Shown: piece after piece, positions 57,558 to 64,000 of the stretch
Layout of the letters: each line of letters begins with the position of its first letter
Numbering within the stretch: the stretch's first letter is position 1
Assembly (NCBI GenBank): GCA_963169855.1
Contig: CAUJCN010000001.1
Location: 81,828-145,827 of the forward strand
Origin: Patescibacteria group bacterium
Lineage (GTDB): Bacteria; Patescibacteriota; Dojkabacteria; J137
Direction of reading: 5' to 3'
DNA length: 64,000 nucleotides
Made by a program: the position numbers and the translations under genes
The notes under the pieces: generated by a model
Database searches by the model: none
Told to the model about the DNA's origin: nothing
Seen by the model: only the letters and a program-made list of their open reading frames with translations

Positions 57558-60500
57558 TCGCATTCTTTGCACAGAGGATAATCTTCACTTCCATTAAACT
57601 CTAAATTCAAGATTCTTGAGTAAACATCAGTAATTTTTTCTTTCAAGGTTGATACATCTTCTGAAAGAATTGGTAAGGAAACTTTTACGTATTTCCCATC
57701 CTTCTTCTTCAAGAAATCGACGCAAGCTTCCTGAATAATGTATTTTCTTCCTGTTTGAGATCCAAACGATTGATCCAAGTCACCCATTAATTTATAGAAA
57801 ACAAGCTGATTGAAGATTCCTCCTTCTGAATTTTTTGTGTTCCCTCGGATTTCATTTTCAGTTTTAGGGGATGATGTTTTGTAATCGATAACTCGTACAA
57901 AGTAGCTTCCATCGGAGTTTTGAGCGATTTCTTCAATCTTATCAATCTTTCCTGTTAGTGGAATTGAAAGATTACCTTCTGTCATCACAACATTTTTGAT
58001 TCCAAAGTTGTACTCGACTTCCAGTGGAGAAACAAATTCTAATTCATAGTTTTTATAATATTCTTCCAGAATCAGTTTTCCTTCTTCTAAAATCTCTTTA
58101 TAAACTTCTTTATAAACTAATTGCGCTTTCAGACTTCGTTCAAGTTCATAAATCAAAAAATCCAACTGTCGTTTTTCTCCGGATTTAAGAATTCTGAAGA
58201 AACTTTCCAACGCACTGTGAACTGCAGTTCCCAAAACCAAACTTTTCTCAAATGGTTCTGGAATCTGAAGTATTCTTCTGTATAAAAATTTCTTTGGGCA
58301 TTCGATGTATTCATTCAAAGCTGAAGCTGATAATTTGAACTTCTCGATTTCTTTGCTAATAAATGCTTTTGATTTGTCAGATTCCAAAGTGATTTTCTCG
58401 TTATTCTTTTGTTTTAAAAGTGTTTCTTTCGTAATTTCGATAAGACCTTCCGTTCCAACTTTGCTCAGATATTTATTATCAATCTCAAAAATAAATTGAG
58501 ATGGATTCTTTTCTTTAGCATCGTTATCTGTTTGGTAAACTTTAGAATATGAAATGTAAACTCTTTGTTTTGCTCTCGTAAGCGCAACATAAAATAACCG
58601 TCTTTCGTCCTCTGATGATGAATCTGTCTCGACTAAATTTGTTTCGGTTACTTTGTCTGATCGGAAGAAGATTTCTTTTGGCAATTTAATAAGCTTTCGA
58701 TCAATTTGGTTTCCCCATTTCTTATCTACGCAATTTATTATAAATACGTGTTCAAATTCCAACCCCTTGGAAGAGTGTGCTGTTCTTAAAACTACAGCTT
58801 CTTTTTTTGTGTCCAACTGTGGTTCAGCGATTGAAATATGATTTTCCTTCATCAGTTCTAGGTCTTGAATAAGCTCTTCCACTGTCATTTCTGGGACAAC
58901 TCGATTCAAAGAACGAACATATTTAAGTAGTGCAGAGAAAGAGTTCACATCCTCCAAAGAGAATTCGTCTTCTTTTAAAAGATACTTAGCAAATCCGATA
59001 TCGTGCGAAAATTGATGTAAAATATTGTATAGAGTATCGTTTCTAATCTGTTTGCTGTAAGCATAAACTTGGTTCAAGAATACTTCAATCTTTTCAAACG
59101 AATTGAATTTAGCTTTATCCTCATCAGACATCACTTTAACAAGTTCCATGAAAGACTTTCTTAGTTCTTTTCTTAGTTTGTTGAACATGAATAAATCAAA
59201 TTCGTCTACCTCTAGGAAATTAAAATTCAGAGCATTGAATAGTGCATTATCGTAATCAGCTGTTGAATCTACATTTAAAAGTTTGATTAGAGTTATGAAT
59301 TGCCTTACAATTTTCTCATCTAGTGCATTTCCGCCTCTTTGTAAATCAAAAGGAATCTTAGCTTCTTCAAGCAATTCAACTACTTCTTCTGAATCTTTAT
59401 TGTTTCTAAAGATGATAGAAATATCAGATGGTTTTGCTCCACGTCTGAGAATATCCTTGATTTTGTTAACTATCCAAAGATTCTCAAAGTCGTTATTTGC
59501 AAATTCATACACTTCGATTGGAAGGTTTTCTTCCGTACTAGCTGCTACAAGTTTCTTATCAATTTCCGGAATCAGTTTTGAAAGTCGATTATTATTATGA
59601 TCAATTAAAGACGAAGACGCGTCTAAAACTAATTGAGTTGAACGATAGTTCTTTGTGATAGCGATTGGCTTTACACCTTCGAACATTGTAGTAAAGTCCA
59701 AAAGATTCTGAACATTTGCTCCTTGAAAACGGTAGATAGCTTGATCATCATCTCCCACTGCAAAAATGTTTGGCGATTTATCAAACGAACCTAAAAGTTG
59801 AATGATTTTATTCTGAGATCCATTTGTATCCTGATATTCATCTACTAAAATATATTGAAACTTTTCTTGATAGTTTGCTAGCAGAGTATCGTCTTCCTCA
59901 AAAGCCTTAATAACAAAAAGGATCATGTCTTCGTAATCGTAAAGTCCTTCTTGTTCCAAAGTTTCTACATAAAGTTTGTAGATTAGTGCAACTTCTGTAT
60001 TTTTCTGAGCAGCTTCAAATTCCTTATTCCAATCAGCTGTTGGCTTGCCAGTCTTTTTGTTGAGTCTTGGATTGTTTTTTACAATCTCATAAATTTCTTG
60101 AGTTAATTTTATAAAGTCATCAGCAAAAACGCCTTCCATTTTTAAGGTTTTGAAAGAGTCGAGTAGAGCACCTTGATATTTGTATTTTTCGTAAAACGGT
60201 CTTATTTTGTAGCCACCTTCTTTTTCTGGAAGCTCATCTAGTATTTGTTTTATGATTTTCACTCTAGTTAAATCATCAAGTCTACTAAGTTCTTTAACTT
60301 TGATAAACTTTTCTGGGAAAGTTCCAATTACTTCGTTACAAAAACTATGATAAGTATGAAGTCGTACATTGTAAGCGTCTGCTCCAATGAATGTTGTTAG
60401 TCTTTGTCGCATTGCTGCAACTCCAGCTTCTGAATAAGTTAAACATAAAATATTTTGAGGCGAAGCATCTGTTGTTTGTAGAATATTTGCAATTCTTAAT

Positions 60501-60622
60501 GCAAGCATCTGAGTTTTTCCTGTTCCTGGACCTGCAATAACTAACACTGGACCTTGTAATGTGTTTACTGCAAGCTTTTGTTGTTCGTTTAATTTGGAGA
60601 TTGCTGTTTCTAAATCTGTCAT
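57539..60622 (-). CDS. UvrD/PcrA-family helicase fused to a C-terminal PD-(D/E)XK (RecB-like) nuclease with four Cys (putative Fe-S)
   Basis: AGPGTGKT, LVDEYQD, VGDDDQAIY.F.GA, NYRS, TAHSSKGLEF, ERRLFYVALTRA; LSAS...Y.ECP, GKIDKI, IDYKT, QL..Y, CKECDYC. Confidence 0.93.
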   Translation of the reverse strand: MTDLETAISKLNEQQKLAVNTLQGPVLVIAGPGTGKTQMLALRIANILQTTDASPQNILCLTYSEAGVAAMRQRLTTFIGADAYNVRLHTYHSFCNEVIGTFPEKFIKVKELSRLDDLTRVKIIKQILDELPEKEGGYKIRPFYEKYKYQGALLDSFKTLKMEGVFADDFIKLTQEIYEIVKNNPRLNKKTGKPTADWNKEFEAAQKNTEVALIYKLYVETLEQEGLYDYEDMILFVIKAFEEDDTLLANYQEKFQYILVDEYQDTNGSQNKIIQLLGSFDKSPNIFAVGDDDQAIYRFQGANVQNLLDFTTMFEGVKPIAITKNYRSTQLVLDASSSLIDHNNNRLSKLIPEIDKKLVAASTEENLPIEVYEFANNDFENLWIVNKIKDILRRGAKPSDISIIFRNNKDSEEVVELLEEAKIPFDLQRGGNALDEKIVRQFITLIKLLNVDSTADYDNALFNALNFNFLEVDEFDLFMFNKLRKELRKSFMELVKVMSDEDKAKFNSFEKIEVFLNQVYAYSKQIRNDTLYNILHQFSHDIGFAKYLLKEDEFSLEDVNSFSALLKYVRSLNRVVPEMTVEELIQDLELMKENHISIAEPQLDTKKEAVVLRTAHSSKGLEFEHVFIINCVDKKWGNQIDRKLIKLPKEIFFRSDKVTETNLVETDSSSEDERRLFYVALTRAKQRVYISYSKVYQTDNDAKEKNPSQFIFEIDNKYLSKVGTEGLIEITKETLLKQKNNEKITLESDKSKAFISKEIEKFKLSASALNEYIECPKKFLYRRILQIPEPFEKSLVLGTAVHSALESFFRILKSGEKRQLDFLIYELERSLKAQLVYKEVYKEILEEGKLILEEYYKNYELEFVSPLEVEYNFGIKNVVMTEGNLSIPLTGKIDKIEEIAQNSDGSYFVRVIDYKTSSPKTENEIRGNTKNSEGGIFNQLVFYKLMGDLDQSFGSQTGRKYIIQEACVDFLKKKDGKYVKVSLPILSEDVSTLKEKITDVYSRILNLEFNGSEDYPLCKECDYCSLG

Positions 60623-60623
60623 A

Positions 60624-61067
60624 CTAGAAAAAAGGATTCCACTTTCCACCTCTAAAAACCCTCTCTAGTTCTTCAGATGTCGCTTGATTAGGGTAAAGAT
60701 CGGCAACTATAACATTTCCTTGGGTGAAATTTAGTTGACCTGCAGTTCCATCAAACGCAAATCGTTCACCAGTTGGAAGCTCTACGACACCAACAACATG
60801 CTCCATATTCAACTCCGAATTACGAATATTTGAGTATGGTGCTGCAATCCAAAGACTAGCCCTGGCATCTGTATGCTCGTTAATCCACAAAGCTATTTCT
60901 CCATTTATTTTTCTACAAAGTTTGGAATCTCCGTTTCTTAAGTTAAAATAATTTCTACCACGAATAAATTCAGCAACTTGTTTCAATTCTTCCGCTGTAG
61001 TTACATCTCTTATGCTAGGTTCTACCAAATTGGATTGTACCGCTCTGTTTTGTAGGAAAATACTCAT
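60624..61067 (-). CDS. Hypothetical protein, possible transglutaminase/papain-like Cys-His-Asp fold
   Basis: Single Cys (KLCRK), then EHVVGVV and FDGTAGQ. Confidence 0.55.
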   Translation of the reverse strand: MSIFLQNRAVQSNLVEPSIRDVTTAEELKQVAEFIRGRNYFNLRNGDSKLCRKINGEIALWINEHTDARASLWIAAPYSNIRNSELNMEHVVGVVELPTGERFAFDGTAGQLNFTQGNVIVADLYPNQATSEELERVFRGGKWNPFF

Positions 61068-61107
61068 AGAAGTATTATAACCCTAAAGACAAGAATGCTG
61101 AATATAG

Positions 61108-61157
61108 AAAAGATCCCGCATTATGGTTCGACATGCTAACCATGACAGCGGGATCTT
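61108..61157 (-). terminator. Terminator-like hairpin after fusA, with a nested inner stem
   Basis: AAGATCCCGC...GCGGGATCTT outer stem, inner ATGGTT..AACCAT stem, T tract on the minus strand. Confidence 0.75.
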
Positions 61158-61177
61158 CAATGCAAATTCTAATTCTA

Positions 61178-63331
61178 TTATTTAGCAGCTGTTCCTAATA
61201 CTTTTTCCATAATATTTCTTGGAACTTCAGCGTAGTGACTTGGTTCCATGTTTCCTGCAGCTGTTCCGGATGTTAGGTTTCTTAAGTCAGAAATATATCC
61301 AAACAATTCTCCTAATGGTGCCTCTGCAATGATTTCCTTTGTTTTTCCTCTTTGTAGAAGATTTTTGATAATTCCTCTTCTAGAAGATAAGTATCCTGTA
61401 ACAGCTCCAACGTGTTCTTCAGGAGCATTAATTATAACCTTCATGATAGGTTCTAATAATACTGGGCTACAAACTTTCATAGCGTTCTTAATTCCGTAGT
61501 AAGCACAAGATTTAAATGTATCTGTGTTTGAGTCAACGTCGTGGTAAGTACCGTCAGTAATCTCAGCCTCGATATCAACAACTGGGAATCCTCCTAAAGG
61601 TCCAGCAGTAATAGAATCTTGGAATCCTTTGTCGATAGCAGGAATATATTCTCTTGGAATAGCTCCTCCTCTAATTGAGTCAACAAATTTGTATCCTTGT
61701 CCTCTTTCTCTTGGTCTTAGAGTAATGTCAATATCTGCATATTGTCCAGCTCCTCCAGATTGCTTCTTTAATAATTCTCTATGTCTTCCTTCTGCTGTGA
61801 TTGTTTCTCTGTAAGCTACTTGAGGTGCTCCAACAGTTACTTCGATTCCGTACTCTCTCTTTAGAATGTCAATCTTGATGTCCAAGTGAAGTTCTCCAAC
61901 TCCAGCTATGATAACTTGACCAGTTTCCTTATCAGTTTCAAATTTGAATGTTGGGTCTTCTGAAGATAGTTTTGCTAAAGCTTCAGATAGTTTTTCTTGG
62001 TCAGATTTTGTCTTAGGTTCAATAGCGAATCTTACAACTGGCTCTGGGAAGTCAATTCCTTCTAAAACCATTGGAGATTTTTCATCAGAGATTGTTTCTC
62101 CAGTTCTTGTATCTTTAAATCCTACGATCGCTGCAATATCTCCAGCTTTCACTTCTTTAACTTCCTCTCTGTGGTTAGCGTGCATCAAAATGATTCTACC
62201 AACTCTTTCCTTGATGTCTTTTGTACTGTTGTAAACATAACTTCCAGCCTGTAATTTTCCTGAGTAAACTCTAAAGAATGCCAAGTTTCCTACATGTGGG
62301 TCTACAGCAAGTTTGAATACCAATCCTGTGAATGGTTCAGCATCGCTCAAACCTCTTTCCATGAATTCTCCAGTTTCTGGGTTCATACCTGGAACTTTTC
62401 CTTTAACTGAATGTTCTTCAGAAGTTTGTGGATCTTCGTAAGTATTGTACTTATCATGAGGTGAAGGCAAGTATCTACAAACGTTATCCAACATAGCCTG
62501 AACTCCCTTATTCTTAAGAGATGATCCTGCCATAACTGGGAACAATTTAGATTCTAGAACTGCAGTTCTTACTCCAGCTTCAAGTTCTTCATTTGTAATT
62601 TCTTGTCCTTCTAGGTATTTATTTGCAATATTGTCGTCTGCATCTGCAACAACTTCGATAAGCTTGTTTCTCCATTCTGTCGCTTTCTCTTTGTAAGCAT
62701 CTGTAACTGGATGAACATCGATATTCTTTCCTTCGTCGTCTAAGTGAATTCTTTCTTCCATTCTTACCAAGTCAACAATTCCCTTGAATTCATTTTCTAC
62801 ACCAACAGGAATTGAAATTGGAACTGCTTTGTCAGATAGGTGGTCAACAATTGAAGCGTATGATTTATAGAAGTCTGCTCCAATATTATCCAATTTATTG
62901 ATGTAACACATTCTTGGAACCTTGTACTTTTCTGCTTGGAACCAAACTTTTCCAGACTGAGGTTCAACTCCCATCTTTCCGTCGAATACAACGATAGCTC
63001 CGTCAAGAACTCTAAGAGATCTTTCTACTTCCGCTGTAAAGTCAACGTGACCTGGTGTATCGATAATGTTGATTCTATATGGTTGATTATTATATTCCCA
63101 GAAAGCTGTTGTAGCTGCAGATTGAATAGTAATTCCTCTTTCTCTTTCCTGATCCATGAAGTCCATTTCTGCTGCTCCTTCGTGAACCTCTCCTAATTTG
63201 TGTTTTCTTCCTGTGAAGAAAAGAATTCTCTCTGTAGTTGTAGTTTTACCAGCATCTACGTGAGCGATGATACCTATATTTCTATAGAACTTGGTGTCTT
63301 TCACCTTGGTGTAGTCAATTACGCCTGCCAT
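61178..63331 (-). CDS. fusA: Elongation factor G
   Basis: AHVDAGKTTTTERIL, QERERGITI.SAAT, DTPGHVDFT.EVERSLRVLDG, GELHLDI, KQSGG.GQY, YHDVDS, LLEPIM. Confidence 0.98.
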   Translation of the reverse strand: MAGVIDYTKVKDTKFYRNIGIIAHVDAGKTTTTERILFFTGRKHKLGEVHEGAAEMDFMDQERERGITIQSAATTAFWEYNNQPYRINIIDTPGHVDFTAEVERSLRVLDGAIVVFDGKMGVEPQSGKVWFQAEKYKVPRMCYINKLDNIGADFYKSYASIVDHLSDKAVPISIPVGVENEFKGIVDLVRMEERIHLDDEGKNIDVHPVTDAYKEKATEWRNKLIEVVADADDNIANKYLEGQEITNEELEAGVRTAVLESKLFPVMAGSSLKNKGVQAMLDNVCRYLPSPHDKYNTYEDPQTSEEHSVKGKVPGMNPETGEFMERGLSDAEPFTGLVFKLAVDPHVGNLAFFRVYSGKLQAGSYVYNSTKDIKERVGRIILMHANHREEVKEVKAGDIAAIVGFKDTRTGETISDEKSPMVLEGIDFPEPVVRFAIEPKTKSDQEKLSEALAKLSSEDPTFKFETDKETGQVIIAGVGELHLDIKIDILKREYGIEVTVGAPQVAYRETITAEGRHRELLKKQSGGAGQYADIDITLRPRERGQGYKFVDSIRGGAIPREYIPAIDKGFQDSITAGPLGGFPVVDIEAEITDGTYHDVDSNTDTFKSCAYYGIKNAMKVCSPVLLEPIMKVIINAPEEHVGAVTGYLSSRRGIIKNLLQRGKTKEIIAEAPLGELFGYISDLRNLTSGTAAGNMEPSHYAEVPRNIMEKVLGTAAK

Positions 63332-63386
63332 AAATTATTTATAAAATCTTTAAATATTGAAATTAATAGTCTTTGAAACGTGTCTT

Positions 63387-63415
63387 ATTATATTGAAAAA
63401 CAAGGGATTTAGCAA
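63387..63415 (-). promoter_or_regulatory. Sigma70-type promoter of fusA
   Basis: TTGCTA-17 nt-TATAAT on the minus strand. Confidence 0.65.
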
Positions 63416-63446
63416 GAGAGGAAGGGTTTTGAATGATCAAAAAAAG

Positions 63447-63821
63447 CTAAACAAACCTTATCTCGAATCCAAACATTCCCATACTACAAGAAGCACTTAC
63501 AGTGGCTCCCTTTTCTTGCGGCAGTAATTGAACTTCGGTTTCGCCAGTTACTGGCAAATACTTTTGGTATTTAATTGAAGGAATGAATAGAGCTGCGGAG
63601 CAATCTAAAGTATTATTGGTCTTGATTTTCAAAATAGTTGGAACTCCAGCCTTTGCTTCTGTGATTGCTGGGGAATAGCCATTTTTAGCAAATACCTCGA
63701 CAACTTGGAAGTTACCCTGAGTCTTAGCATAAGCATATGCTGATTCCGAGTTTTTTGACACAATAAGGAAACCTGCAATCAATGCTAACGTTACTGGTAC
63801 AAGATAAATGAGATTCTTCAT
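63447..63821 (-). CDS. Cupredoxin-domain protein with N-terminal anchor
   Basis: GYSP.....AGVP..L, DC, CSMGM C-terminal motif. Confidence 0.85.
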   Translation of the reverse strand: MKNLIYLVPVTLALIAGFLIVSKNSESAYAYAKTQGNFQVVEVFAKNGYSPAITEAKAGVPTILKIKTNNTLDCSAALFIPSIKYQKYLPVTGETEVQLLPQEKGATVSASCSMGMFGFEIRFV

Positions 63822-64000
63822 GACTATATTACTCTAAGTAAATCCTTTTATTACTATAATATCACCTAAAGAACGTTTGTCATAACTGGATATTTGAACA
63901 ATAAGAAATCATACTGTAAAGTGTATAAAAAAAGTTCATCTAATTTTGATTTTTGAGATTTGATTTTTTGAATTTTAAATTATTATGTACTATACGAAAG

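Noticed and set aside
1-64000. Alternative genetic code (UGA=Gly, code 25)
   Set aside because: Conserved genes are full length under code 11, and TGA terminates several ORFs at sensible positions

Overview
AT-rich bacterial chromosome segment using genetic code 11 (TGA acts as stop). Compact housekeeping genes interleaved with many orphan ORFs and giant anchored surface proteins suggest a CPR/Patescibacteria genome; this taxonomy is an inference. The left half (about 5-27.5 kb) is a minus-strand locus with three giant membrane-anchored, phage-tail-fibre-like proteins (3532, 1760 and 1304 aa). Each has a Peptidase_S74-type intramolecular chaperone, a coiled coil and a shared C-terminal beta domain. 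Each is also preceded by an unannotated 42-56 aa single-pass membrane microprotein whose Asn-Gly codons overlap the giant gene's ATG in the same register. Two GT-C-type glycosyltransferases and two further single-pass proteins lie in or beside the locus. The right half carries hemW, msrA, tRNA-Arg(UCG), dsbB, metG, gatC, a beta-CASP RNase, rnpA, mfd, typA, DUF72, a PIG-L deacetylase, cysS, a UvrD-nuclease fusion and a stand-alone fusA. Other notable signals are a candidate cysteine-sensing attenuator (leader peptide MKKDATKQVLLCPYCC plus a hairpin over the next start) upstream of PIG-L/cysS, a palindromic element inside an in-frame insertion in mfd, an exact 43-bp repeat/42-bp spacer/43-bp repeat, and many apparently leaderless promoters. 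No cas, integrase or transposase genes were seen.
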